Position numbers and translations under genes: made by a program. A DNA stretch of 64,000 nucleotides from Candidatus Woesearchaeota archaeon. GTDB taxonomy: Archaea > Nanobdellota > Nanobdellia > Woesearchaeales > UBA10216. A model generated the notes under the pieces. It worked only from the letters and a program-made list of their open reading frames with translations, was not told the DNA's origin and did no database searches. The stretch covers positions 64,001-128,000 of the forward strand of contig JACPBX010000003.1 of the NCBI GenBank assembly GCA_016180085.1, in the 5' to 3' direction. Of this stretch, positions 36,061 to 45,073 are shown in pieces; the first letter of the stretch is position 1; the number at the start of each line of letters is the position of its first letter.

Positions 36061-37604
36061 ATAAGCTGTATAAGTTATCAAGATTGTTTGGAAACGACAG
36101 CTATGCAAAGCTGGCCCTGGCAGTTATAATAATAGGGGCTATAGTGAGGTTCTCTCTTGCAGCGCTTAGCCATCCTGCCGGTGACAGCTGCTGGCACCTT
36201 TCGGTTGCGAGGTTTATCGCCGAAAACGGCAGGATACCGCTTCTTGAGCCGTTCGGCATAACAGACAGGCAGGTGTTTACAGCCCCTCCCCTGTTTCACC
36301 TGATTGCTGCAGCTGTTTACAAGGTTTTCAGCCTGGTAAGCATACCTGCTGCCGAGCTAGCATACAAGCTCGTCTCTCCGCTATTCGGCGCATTAACGCT
36401 GCCTGTGGTTTTCCTGCTTGGCAGGAAGCTGTACAATCCAAAAATTGCGTTCTGGGCCACGTTCTTCCTGGCGTTCCTGCCGCTGCACATGAACTCCAGC
36501 GTTGTGTCGTTTGTTGATTCGCTCACCACTTTGCTTGCTGCTCTGGCTGTTTATTTCCTTGTTTCAAGAAGGGTGCTGGCCGCAGCCGTTTTCCTGGGCC
36601 TCGGCCTGGCTGCAAAGCAGACCATGATAGCCCTGGTGCCTGTGTTTTTCCTGGCCCTGGCAGTTTTTTACAGGAAAAACCTGAAAGCCCTCATAGCAAA
36701 GTCATTGGCCTCAGCGCTCATAGCCGCAGTGATAGGGCTGCCGTGGCTTATCAGGAATTACGTGCTGCTCAAAAATCCTGTCTGGCCTTTCCTTTACAAG
36801 CTGATAGGAGGCACAGTAGCTCCGGAAGTGGCGGAAGGGTTTTCAGCAGCCTACCTGTTCTCAGCTGGCCATGCCCTGAGGTTTTTCCTTGAGCTTATGG
36901 GAGCTCCTCTTGGAAGCCTCGGTGCTGTGGCATTTTTGAAGCTGCCGTTTGCTGGCGCAGTCAGTGTAATGCTTGCAGTATGGCTTGCGCTGGTGATTAT
37001 TTTTTCCGTGCCTGTTATTGCCGGAGTCCTTGCCAGGGGTGTAAAGCACCGCTGGCTGCTTTATGCATGGATGGCGGCATTCCTGCTGGTAACCATGGTT
37101 TACATAATCAACGTAGGCATGGGGTCTGCAAGGTTTTTCCTTGCATCAGCGCCGGCACTCGCGATTATATGGGCAGTCGGGATTGACAGGATACTCGGCA
37201 AGGCAGGCAGCATTCAAGGCATTGAAGGGATGCGCAGGCTTAGTGTAACAGCACTTGTAATTATGGTGGTTGTAGGCAGTGTTGTTGCATTTGCTGCTGT
37301 TGAGGCTGCAAAAACAATTACCGGTGCCAATGAGTGGGCAAAGTACGAAGAGGACTTCAGCTGGATAAGGCAGAACACGCCCCAAAAAGCGCTCATAGGA
37401 TACAGGGGGCAGTGCATGAGCTACAACGTGCACCGCTTCTCGAACTTCAAGCTCGACAAGGTTGACTACCTATGGGTAAACCAGGGCTTCAGGCTTGAGC
37501 CTATAAGCATTTTGGAGCCGCAACTGCTTGGGCAGGTTCAGGGTAATTTCACCAAGGTCTACGATAACAGCGCAACAGGGACCGTGATTTACAAGAGAAA
37601 ATAG
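36057..37604 (+). CDS. GT-C-fold glycosyltransferase family 39-like (ArnT/PMT)
   Basis: GDSCWH first loop, PPLFH, DSL, AKQT, PWLIRNY...NPVWP. Confidence 0.8.
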   Translation: MNKLYKLSRLFGNDSYAKLALAVIIIGAIVRFSLAALSHPAGDSCWHLSVARFIAENGRIPLLEPFGITDRQVFTAPPLFHLIAAAVYKVFSLVSIPAAELAYKLVSPLFGALTLPVVFLLGRKLYNPKIAFWATFFLAFLPLHMNSSVVSFVDSLTTLLAALAVYFLVSRRVLAAAVFLGLGLAAKQTMIALVPVFFLALAVFYRKNLKALIAKSLASALIAAVIGLPWLIRNYVLLKNPVWPFLYKLIGGTVAPEVAEGFSAAYLFSAGHALRFFLELMGAPLGSLGAVAFLKLPFAGAVSVMLAVWLALVIIFSVPVIAGVLARGVKHRWLLYAWMAAFLLVTMVYIINVGMGSARFFLASAPALAIIWAVGIDRILGKAGSIQGIEGMRRLSVTALVIMVVVGSVVAFAAVEAAKTITGANEWAKYEEDFSWIRQNTPQKALIGYRGQCMSYNVHRFSNFKLDKVDYLWVNQGFRLEPISILEPQLLGQVQGNFTKVYDNSATGTVIYKRK

Positions 37605-37606
37605 GC

Positions 37607-38563
37607 CTAATCTTTCCCGCCTTTCACGCTTCTCGCTATCCTGTCAAGCCATTCAATGATTTCGTAGCCGCTGTCAATGCCTGTGAGAGGCTTATTCCCG
37701 TTTCTGATGCAGCTGATGAAGTGCTCAACCTCGTTCCTCAAGGGCTCTTTGGCTGTGACTGGAGGCAAATGTTGGGATGGAAAGAGCCTTAGCTTCTCTT
37801 TCTCTTCAACATCGTCAAAGACAGCTACGGCCTTGTCACCGACTACGGTCATGAGCCGCGTCTTTTTGGCTCCAAACCACGTTGTTATCAGCGTTGCTGA
37901 AAGGCCGCTCTCAAACCTTACAGTGGCTGCTGTGAAATCGTCAAAGCCGCTTTTTGCGTCAGATTTCGCACCAGAAACAGCTATGCTTTTCCCGCCAGCC
38001 TCCACAATTTTTCCCGGGCTGAGCAGGAATTGGATTAGGGAAAGCTGGTGGGGTGCAGCATCCCAGAAGCTGCCAATGTCTTTCCTTACAGGGAAGCACA
38101 TGTGCTCGCCAACAACGTATCTGGCCTTCCCCAGGCCTCCATCGCCTATCAGCTTTTTCAGGAAGCGGACATAGTCGTTGTAGACGTACTGGTGCCCAAC
38201 CATAAAAGTTGAGCTGCCCTTCCTGACAATTGCCCTGAGCTGTTTTGCTTCCGCAAGGCTTGTGGCCATGGGCTTCTCGACAAGGACGTGCTTGCCATGC
38301 TCCAGCGCCTCAGCCACAAAAGCGAGGTGGGTTGATGGGGGGGTTGCGATGACAACGCAGTCAACATCCCTGTTCCTGAGTACAAGCGAGGCATTTGTGG
38401 TGGCAACTGCGGATTTGGGAATCGCATCCTTAATCCCGGCAAGCGACTCATTAGTCCTTGTGGCAACAGCTGAAAGAACAGCGTCAGGAATGCTTTGGAG
38501 AAGTTTGACATAGTTCCTGCCAAAATAGCCAACGCCAATCAAGCCAAAGCGCAGAGGTTTCAT
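37607..38563 (-). CDS. Gfo/Idh/MocA family oxidoreductase (WbpB-like)
   Basis: IGVGYFG, IATPPSTH, GKHVLVEKPMA, GHQY. Confidence 0.92.
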   Translation of the reverse strand: MKPLRFGLIGVGYFGRNYVKLLQSIPDAVLSAVATRTNESLAGIKDAIPKSAVATTNASLVLRNRDVDCVVIATPPSTHLAFVAEALEHGKHVLVEKPMATSLAEAKQLRAIVRKGSSTFMVGHQYVYNDYVRFLKKLIGDGGLGKARYVVGEHMCFPVRKDIGSFWDAAPHQLSLIQFLLSPGKIVEAGGKSIAVSGAKSDAKSGFDDFTAATVRFESGLSATLITTWFGAKKTRLMTVVGDKAVAVFDDVEEKEKLRLFPSQHLPPVTAKEPLRNEVEHFISCIRNGNKPLTGIDSGYEIIEWLDRIARSVKGGKD

Positions 38564-38569
38564 TTTGAG

Positions 38570-40864
38570 TCAGCCGGCGTTATCCCGCAGCCAGGCGGCT
38601 GTCCTCAGCAGCCCTGCTTTGAGGCTGACCTTGGGTGAATAGCCAACCTCATTCTTAATCTTGGAAAGGTCAGGGCATCTTCTCCTTGGCTCGTCCTGCG
38701 GATAGTTTGCAGGGTAGCTTATCAGCTTTACGTGGACTTTGTTGCTGAAGACCTCTCCGGCTATTGTTTCTGCAAGGGCAAGCATGTTGATTTCCTCAGC
38801 GTCATTGCCAACATTGTAGACCTGGCCAGCCCTCCCGAGGAGCAGGACCTTGAAAAAGCCTGTGACTGCATCTGTTATGTAGCAGAATGCCCTTGTCTGG
38901 TTGCCCTTGTCATAAACAGTCAGCTCCCTGCCCTGAAGTCCCAGGCTCAGCATTGTTGGTATTACCCTGTAATCCGTGCTTTTCATGCCGGGGCCGTAAA
39001 CGTTAAACGGCCTGACAATCCTTGCCGGGGTTTTGTGGACGCTGTAATGGGCCATGCACATTGTTTCCCCCATGCGCTTTGATTCGTCATAGCAGGACCT
39101 CTCGCCGATTGAGGAAACATTGCCTTTGTACGTTTCCGGAGTTGGGATAAAGTTCGGGTCAGGGTCTCCGTAAATCTCGCTTGAGCTGAAGTACAGGAGG
39201 GCATTCACTTTTTTCTGCCCGGCCAGCTCAAGCGCGTTTTTAACCCCAAATATGGTTCCTTCTATTGTTTCTATGGGGTAGCGCTTGTAATATATGGGTG
39301 AGGCGACTCCTGCAGCACTGATTATGTAGTCTATGGGCTCCTCAATGGCAGCAGGAAATCTGACATCGTGCTTTACAAACTTTATGTGCTTGCTGTTGAT
39401 TTCCTTCAGCATGTTGTTCCTGGAGTTCTGGCCTGTGATGTGGATGTCCAGGGAGATGACTTTGCACGGCTTCGCAAGAAACTTTCTGTTGAGGAGGTCA
39501 ATTGTGGCAACAATGCAGCTGCCTATAAAGCCAGAGCCCCCTGTAATCAGGACAGTGCTTCCTTCGAGCATGCCAAGCATCCTGGCATCTTCCTTTATTG
39601 CCCCTGCAATTGTATCCAGGTCCTGCTCGACAATGCCATTGATAACCTGCGGCTCCGGAACAGGAATGATAAAGTTGCTGAAATCAGCGCACTTCTTCAT
39701 TATCGGCTCGGCAAAGTTCCAGGCAAGTATGAGGATGTAGTCCGGCCTGTGCTTGTAAAGCTCGTCGAACGCAACAACAGGAATGTGCGTGCCCGGGGTG
39801 TGCATGCCCTGTTTCCACGGGCTGTCGTCAACAATGTAGTCAAGCACTTCGGGGCCAATCTGGAAATAATTGAGAAGCGTGTTGCCTTTTGCAGGTGCCC
39901 CATAGCCTACAATCTTCTTGCTCCTGGACTTCAGCTCTTTCAGCAGCTCTTTCAGTTTTACCTTGTTCTGCTCAATCTTCTTCGCGAACTCAGCGTACGT
40001 TGCCGCTTTTGAAAGGTGCCTGGCATCTTCCATTTCCGTGAACTTTCCCACAGATTCCTCAATCTTGTATGGGCCGCCGGATTTCTGGGCGAACACCCTG
40101 AGAGAGCCGCCATGGGTGTCTGTTTCAGAAACATCAAACACCTCCATGCCAAGGCGGTGCAGCAATTTTGAGGCTGTCTTTGCAGTGAAATACGAGAGGT
40201 GCTCATGATAGATTAGGTCAAACAGGTTTTTTTCCAGCAGCTCGTAAAGGTAGTAGACCTCAATGATAAAAACGCCGTCGTCAGCAAGAAGCTCCTTTAC
40301 GCCGCTGACAAAGCCATCAAGGTCATCAACGTGGGAGAAGACGCTCGTTGCTGTTATGGCTTTTGCCTTGCCATACTTTCTGGCAATGTCCTTGGCAATT
40401 ATGGGTGTGAAAAAAACAGGCAATGTCTCGATGCCGCTTTTGGTTGCCATTGCAGCTATCTTCTCTGCCGGGTCAATGCCCAGAACCTTCATTCCCTTCT
40501 CTTTGAACGGGCGAAGCAATACCCCGTCGTTGCTGCCAACATCAACTACAAGGGAACTTGGCTTCAGCTTGAAGCGCTTAATAACCGTGTCTGCGAGGTC
40601 CCTGAAATGCTGCACAAAGACCGGGGAGGTTGAGGAAACGTAAACATAATCCCTGAAGAGGAGCTCTGGGGAAACAACGCTGGTAAGCTGGACAAAGCCG
40701 CAGTCGCTGCAGAAGGAAAGCCCAAGGGGGAAAAACTGCTCACTATCAGTCGGGCTCTTGATGAAGGCGTTGGCAGGCGGGGTGGAGCCCAAAGACAGCA
40801 CATTAGCCAGCTTCCTGCCTGTGCATACCCTGCAGAATGTTTTTTCCTGTACAGATTCAGCCAT
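38570..40864 (-). CDS. Fusion: NDP-hexose 3-C-methyltransferase plus UDP-glucuronate decarboxylase (UXS)-like epimerase
   Basis: N-part CRVC...CSDC, DVGSNDG, HEHLSYF, YGAPAKGNTLL, LAWNFA, FIIPVP. C-part ITGGSGFIG, ASPIYY, SSSEIYGDP, RSCYDESKR, RPFNVYGP. One uninterrupted frame; start moved to ATG 40864. Confidence 0.88.
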   Translation of the reverse strand: MAESVQEKTFCRVCTGRKLANVLSLGSTPPANAFIKSPTDSEQFFPLGLSFCSDCGFVQLTSVVSPELLFRDYVYVSSTSPVFVQHFRDLADTVIKRFKLKPSSLVVDVGSNDGVLLRPFKEKGMKVLGIDPAEKIAAMATKSGIETLPVFFTPIIAKDIARKYGKAKAITATSVFSHVDDLDGFVSGVKELLADDGVFIIEVYYLYELLEKNLFDLIYHEHLSYFTAKTASKLLHRLGMEVFDVSETDTHGGSLRVFAQKSGGPYKIEESVGKFTEMEDARHLSKAATYAEFAKKIEQNKVKLKELLKELKSRSKKIVGYGAPAKGNTLLNYFQIGPEVLDYIVDDSPWKQGMHTPGTHIPVVAFDELYKHRPDYILILAWNFAEPIMKKCADFSNFIIPVPEPQVINGIVEQDLDTIAGAIKEDARMLGMLEGSTVLITGGSGFIGSCIVATIDLLNRKFLAKPCKVISLDIHITGQNSRNNMLKEINSKHIKFVKHDVRFPAAIEEPIDYIISAAGVASPIYYKRYPIETIEGTIFGVKNALELAGQKKVNALLYFSSSEIYGDPDPNFIPTPETYKGNVSSIGERSCYDESKRMGETMCMAHYSVHKTPARIVRPFNVYGPGMKSTDYRVIPTMLSLGLQGRELTVYDKGNQTRAFCYITDAVTGFFKVLLLGRAGQVYNVGNDAEEINMLALAETIAGEVFSNKVHVKLISYPANYPQDEPRRRCPDLSKIKNEVGYSPKVSLKAGLLRTAAWLRDNAG

Positions 40865-40910
40865 AAAAAACACCAGACCTTGCCAATTGCGTATTGCGCG
40901 TTATAGCGTG

Positions 40911-41303
40911 CTATATCAGCCTTACCCTGACAGTGTCTTCCTCATAAGCCCGCTGCGACCTTGACTCGGTGGCGAGAGCCAGAAAAACAGAGTCCTCAAC
41001 GAACCTCATGGCATGCACAGTCATGGGATGGCTTAGGACCATGTCGCCGGCCTCAATCACCACTGACTCCTTCTTGCCCTTGAGATTTCCATTGCTGTCA
41101 ACCGGCTGCTCGGTGTACTCCATTTTGCCTGACAGGAGGTATGCGTAATGCCAGTCCTTCTTGTGGTAGTGGTTTGCGCGGACAGAGCCTTTCCTGCAGG
41201 TTATGAGCAGCACGCTTCTTATCACGGTTTTGCCGTCATCCAGTATTTTGGAAATTTCCCCCCTTTCGTCAGCAAACTCAGGCCTGATTCTGAACACTTC
41301 CAA
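40911..41303 (-). CDS. Cupin-domain protein (sugar ketoisomerase/epimerase-like)
   Basis: RANHYH...HYAYLLSG...E and HAM metal-binding cupin motifs; DERG at the N-terminus. Confidence 0.85.
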   Translation of the reverse strand: MEVFRIRPEFADERGEISKILDDGKTVIRSVLLITCRKGSVRANHYHKKDWHYAYLLSGKMEYTEQPVDSNGNLKGKKESVVIEAGDMVLSHPMTVHAMRFVEDSVFLALATESRSQRAYEEDTVRVRLI

Positions 41304-41336
41304 CGCAGCTCACCGAATCTGGCAGAAAAGCAGGGC

Positions 41337-41352
41337 GTATTTAAAGTTTTGC
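41337..41352 (-). promoter_or_regulatory. Archaeal BRE/TATA promoter
   Basis: Minus strand GCAAAACTTTAAATAC upstream of 41303. Confidence 0.6.
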
Positions 41353-41360
41353 GAATTTAA

Positions 41361-41504
41361 GGCTCTGTCCTGAATCTTCAGTTTTGCGTGCTGCCGTGGT
41401 GTTTAGCAACACTCCCTTTCTCCCTCCTTCGCCTAAGCGTGGAGGGAGGAAAGTGACCTTGCGTAGCAAGGCACGGTAGCTAAAACGACTTTTAGGACAG
41501 AGTC
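41361..41504 (+). other. 144-nt intergenic element folding into a perfect four-way junction
   Basis: Long outer stem (41361-74/41491-504, 41381-86/41481-86, 41390-98/41472-80) closing three directly abutting hairpins (41399-412, 41413-456, 41457-471). Confidence 0.75.
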
Positions 41505-41509
41505 CGAAT

Positions 41510-42226
41510 CTAATCGAAGAATCTATATTTCAGCAGGTACCAGATGCTGATTAAGCCGTCCTTCATGCCGATTTTCTTTCCTGCGCCATACCCTCGGTGG
41601 CGGAAGTGGATGGGGACTTCAACAAACACCTTTCCCTTCTTTTTCAGCTTAATCATCATTTCAAGGTCAAAAACAAAGCGGTTGGCCTTCATGCTGACTT
41701 CTTTTAAGTCGCTGAGCCGCATGAGCTTGTAGCACGGGTAAATGTCGGTCAGGTTATGGCTGAAGAGGAAATTCCAAAGCCACTTTATGGCCATGTTGCC
41801 GACGTAGTTCATGAAAAGGACGTTCTTTCTTTTGCCGAAAAGGTGCTGCTTCCTGCCCAGGAAGCGGGAGCCTATGACGACATCGGCAAGGCCTGATTCC
41901 ATCAGTGGCAGCATATACCTGAAATCAGCAGGCTCGTATTCCAAATCGGCATCGTGGAAGACAATGTAATCGCCAGTGGCATGCTTTATGCCTTCTTTCA
42001 GGGCTGCGCCCTTGCCCGTGTTTCTTTGCAGAAAAACAGCCTTGACCCCATGAATTTTCCTTATCAGGTCAGAAGTCCCGTCACTGGAGCCATCGTCAAC
42101 GACAATTATTTCCCTGCCGTAATCGCCTATGTCAACCCCTTTGGTGTGCTCGACTGCCTCAACAATGGTGTTCCTTTCATTGTATGCGGGAATGACTATG
42201 GACAATTTTTTTTGCGATTCTGCCAT
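41510..42226 (-). CDS. GT2 polyprenol-phosphate glycosyltransferase (DPM1-like)
   Basis: VIPAYNE, VDDGSSDG, NTGKGAAL, HDADLEY, GSRF. Confidence 0.92.
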   Translation of the reverse strand: MAESQKKLSIVIPAYNERNTIVEAVEHTKGVDIGDYGREIIVVDDGSSDGTSDLIRKIHGVKAVFLQRNTGKGAALKEGIKHATGDYIVFHDADLEYEPADFRYMLPLMESGLADVVIGSRFLGRKQHLFGKRKNVLFMNYVGNMAIKWLWNFLFSHNLTDIYPCYKLMRLSDLKEVSMKANRFVFDLEMMIKLKKKGKVFVEVPIHFRHRGYGAGKKIGMKDGLISIWYLLKYRFFD

Positions 42227-42247
42227 TGGAAGCCAGCCGCAGACCGA

Positions 42248-42263
42248 GATTTATAAAGTTTAC
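42248..42263 (-). promoter_or_regulatory. Archaeal BRE/TATA promoter
   Basis: Minus strand GTAAACTTTATAAATC about 22 nt upstream of 42226. Confidence 0.6.
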
Positions 42264-42433
42264 TTCAGCCTCAACATGTTCAAAGCATTAAGTTTATAAA
42301 AACTTCAGGCTGCACGTGCAGGAATGGGAAAAGTCAAACTGGCAGCTGCCCTGCTGTGGATGATAGCAATATTTCTGGCATACTACTGGCTGAAAACATC
42401 TGAAATAATAGCCTTTTATCTGGGGGGATAAGC

Positions 42434-44347
42434 GTGGCTCTGCTGGTTATGGCCCTAAGCCTTCTGATGCTTGCTGTCTTTCTCACGGTAGCTTTTGCCT
42501 CTGGCCGGAAGCTGCTTGCATTGTTCCGGGCCGATTTCAATTTTAGCAAGGCCGAGGAATTCTTAATCAGCGTTGCCCTGGGGGCAGGGCTCCTGATGAA
42601 CGCCACAATCCTGCTCGGAGTTTTTAAGGTTCTGTACAAGGAAGCCTACATCTTAATAGCTCTGGCAGTTTTGGTGCTGTGCTTCAGGGAGGTAAGGCGC
42701 CTCTGGCAGCTGGCAATGTCTTTTGCCATTCATTTGAGGCAGGTGCTGAAGCCAATGAAGCCAAGCGTTGCAGGGTTCCTGACATTGTCCTTCCTGTTCT
42801 TTGCGCTGATAAACTTCATACCTGCACTGACTCCTGCTTACGAGTTTGACTCGATGGGTTACCACATGGCGTTTGCAAAGGTGTATGCCGGCAGCCACAG
42901 CCTTGTTTACCAGCCAAGCCAGTTCTACAGCACCATGCCGCAGGGCATGACCATGCTTTATACGATATCAGAGCTTTTCTCAGCGCCAAACCTTTCCCCT
43001 CTCATAGCTTACTCGTTCGGCATCCTTGCAAGCCTTGCCATATATGCGCTTGTCAGGAAAAACCATTCGGAAACAGCGGCAACAGCAGGGGCGCTGCTGT
43101 TTTTCACAATGCCTGCCGTGATTGAAAGGCTGCCGCAAACAATGGTTGACATAAGCGTTGCATACTTCTTCCTGGCTGCAGTAATTGTCCTTTTCAAGTA
43201 TGCCAGCGAAACCGATAACCGGAAGAGAATTCTGCTGGTGCTGCTGTGCGGCGCGCTGGTGGGGTTAGCAGCATCCATAAAGCTTACAGGCTTTTTTGTG
43301 GCTGCTGCCTTTGTTATTGGAATGGTGCTGTCACGACTCCTGTACGGGAAGGAAGTCGGATTAAAAGAAAAATCAATCCGAACAGCTGTTGAAATTGCCG
43401 TATTCCTTGCTGTTGTGCTGCTGCTTGCAACCCCCTGGCTTGTAAGAAGCTATGCTTACACAGGCAACCCGGTTTACCCCCTGGCTTACGGCGTCTTCGG
43501 AGGGAAGTACCTTTTGCCCTCGCTTGGCACAGCGTATGAAACATATCACAGCAATGTCGGCCTTGATAAAAGCATTGCCAGCGTACTTCTTGTGCTTTGG
43601 AACATGACATTCAGAAGCGCGGCATTCGGCACAGTAATAGGCATCACGCCGTTTTTGATGATGCTCCTGCCTCTGGCAGCCCTGTTTTTCAAAGACATTG
43701 TGGACTTTAAGAAGTGGCTTGTGCTGTTTGCTATGGGTGCAGCCGTAATCATGATAACCTTTTTTGTTCACCCTGTGCTTAGGTACATGTTTGCCGGGCT
43801 TGCGCTTCTGAGCGCAGCGGCCGCATTAACGATGGAACCTATGCTGAGGCACAGGCTGCTAAAGGCAGCAATAGTCCTTATGCTTGCCTTCTCGCTTGCG
43901 TTCAGCGCAGCCATATGGTATGGCATAAACGCAAAAAGCGTTTTATACATCGTTTCTGGGGAGAGCGAAAGCCAGTACTACGGGAAGCTTACCGACCACA
44001 ACGCCTATGGCGCAGCAGCATGGATAGCTTCCAACACACAGCCGGATGCAGTGGTGCTCCTGTTCAACGAGCCAAGAGGATACTTCCTTGACAGGGCGTA
44101 TGTGGTCAGCTCGCCCTTCCAAAACTATATAGACTATTGGAGCATGAATGGCAGCGAAGGGCTGCTGGCAAGGCTGGAGGAGCTCAGGATAAGCCACATA
44201 CTAATAAACGATGCGCTGCCTGACACGTACGGCAAGGCAGCCAACGGCACTCACGCCATTGAGCTCATGCGCAATCTCACAGAGGATGCTGGCAAGTCAG
44301 TGCAGGTTTACAATAAAAGCAATGTCAGGGTGTACGAGCTGAAATAA
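42434..44347 (+). CDS. GT-C-fold polytopic membrane glycosyltransferase-like protein
   Basis: Many TM helices, FDSMGYH loop, VDI, PWLVRSYAYTGNPVYP, soluble C-terminal domain. GTG start. Confidence 0.75.
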   Translation: MALLVMALSLLMLAVFLTVAFASGRKLLALFRADFNFSKAEEFLISVALGAGLLMNATILLGVFKVLYKEAYILIALAVLVLCFREVRRLWQLAMSFAIHLRQVLKPMKPSVAGFLTLSFLFFALINFIPALTPAYEFDSMGYHMAFAKVYAGSHSLVYQPSQFYSTMPQGMTMLYTISELFSAPNLSPLIAYSFGILASLAIYALVRKNHSETAATAGALLFFTMPAVIERLPQTMVDISVAYFFLAAVIVLFKYASETDNRKRILLVLLCGALVGLAASIKLTGFFVAAAFVIGMVLSRLLYGKEVGLKEKSIRTAVEIAVFLAVVLLLATPWLVRSYAYTGNPVYPLAYGVFGGKYLLPSLGTAYETYHSNVGLDKSIASVLLVLWNMTFRSAAFGTVIGITPFLMMLLPLAALFFKDIVDFKKWLVLFAMGAAVIMITFFVHPVLRYMFAGLALLSAAAALTMEPMLRHRLLKAAIVLMLAFSLAFSAAIWYGINAKSVLYIVSGESESQYYGKLTDHNAYGAAAWIASNTQPDAVVLLFNEPRGYFLDRAYVVSSPFQNYIDYWSMNGSEGLLARLEELRISHILINDALPDTYGKAANGTHAIELMRNLTEDAGKSVQVYNKSNVRVYELK

Positions 44348-44348
44348 A

Positions 44349-44702
44349 ATGAACGCAATAGCCATTTTCCTCATGCTTCTGTTCACTGTGTTCTCAACAG
44401 CTGGCCAGTACTTCTACAAGCTTGGCGCAAGCTCACTGAGCCTTGAGCCTCTGGCTCTTATCACGAACTACCCTGTCATTATTGGCTTGTTTTTTTACTT
44501 TGTTGCGGCAGTGCTGCTCACGTATGCTTTGAAGAAGGCCGAGCTTTCAGTGGTTTATCCTTTTATAGGCATGGGCTATGTCTGGGTTGCTTTGCTGGCG
44601 TTCTTCTTTTTCGGCGAGCAGCTCATGCTGGTTAACTGGCTGGGCATCGGCCTTATAGTGGCTGGCGTCAGCTTTGTCGGTTATGGTGCTGAGCATGGTT
44701 AG
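44349..44702 (+). CDS. EamA/DMT (SMR-sized) 4-TM transporter, ArnE/ArnF-like flippase subunit
   Basis: 117 aa; GQYFYKLG, ELSVVYP, GEQL...WLGIGLIVAGV. Confidence 0.8.
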   Translation: MNAIAIFLMLLFTVFSTAGQYFYKLGASSLSLEPLALITNYPVIIGLFFYFVAAVLLTYALKKAELSVVYPFIGMGYVWVALLAFFFFGEQLMLVNWLGIGLIVAGVSFVGYGAEHG

Positions 44703-45066
44703 CGAGCTTATCGTTGCAGGGATTGTGGCTGGCTTTACAGTTGTTGCGGCTTTTGGCGCCCTCTTTTTCAAGAGGGGCTCTGCAAAATTTGCATTGTCGC
44801 TTAATCCCCTGAAGCTTGCAGCCGGCATCCTGGGTAACACAAACCTCCTCATTGGCGTTTTTCTTTACGCAGCGCCCACCCCCGTTTACCTCTGGGCGCT
44901 GAAGAATGCAGACCTCTCGTTGATTTACCCTGTCAACTCGCTTACCTACATCTGGGTTTCCCTGCTTTCTGTCAGGTTTCTTGGCGAGAGGATGAACAGG
45001 TTCAAGTGGCTCGGCGTTGCCTGCATAGTCCTTGGCGTAAGCATTCTGGCTTATTCGGCTGTTTGA
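44695..45066 (+). CDS. EamA/DMT (SMR-sized) 4-TM transporter, second subunit
   Basis: DLSLIYP, LGERM...WLGVACIVLGV; paralogous to the upstream gene. Start moved to ATG 44695. Confidence 0.8.
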   Translation: MVSELIVAGIVAGFTVVAAFGALFFKRGSAKFALSLNPLKLAAGILGNTNLLIGVFLYAAPTPVYLWALKNADLSLIYPVNSLTYIWVSLLSVRFLGERMNRFKWLGVACIVLGVSILAYSAV

Positions 45067-45073
45067 ATCAGAA

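Noticed and set aside
41446-41454. GAGGAAAGT resembles the conserved RNase P RNA CR-I motif
   Set aside because: It is buried in a hairpin arm, is not followed by the P4-forming GUCC, there is no convincing CR-V partner, and the element is only 144 nt.
41361-41504. Cloverleaf read as a tRNA or intron-containing tRNA
   Set aside because: Stem lengths, loop sizes and the absence of D-loop, T-loop and CCA signatures do not fit a tRNA.
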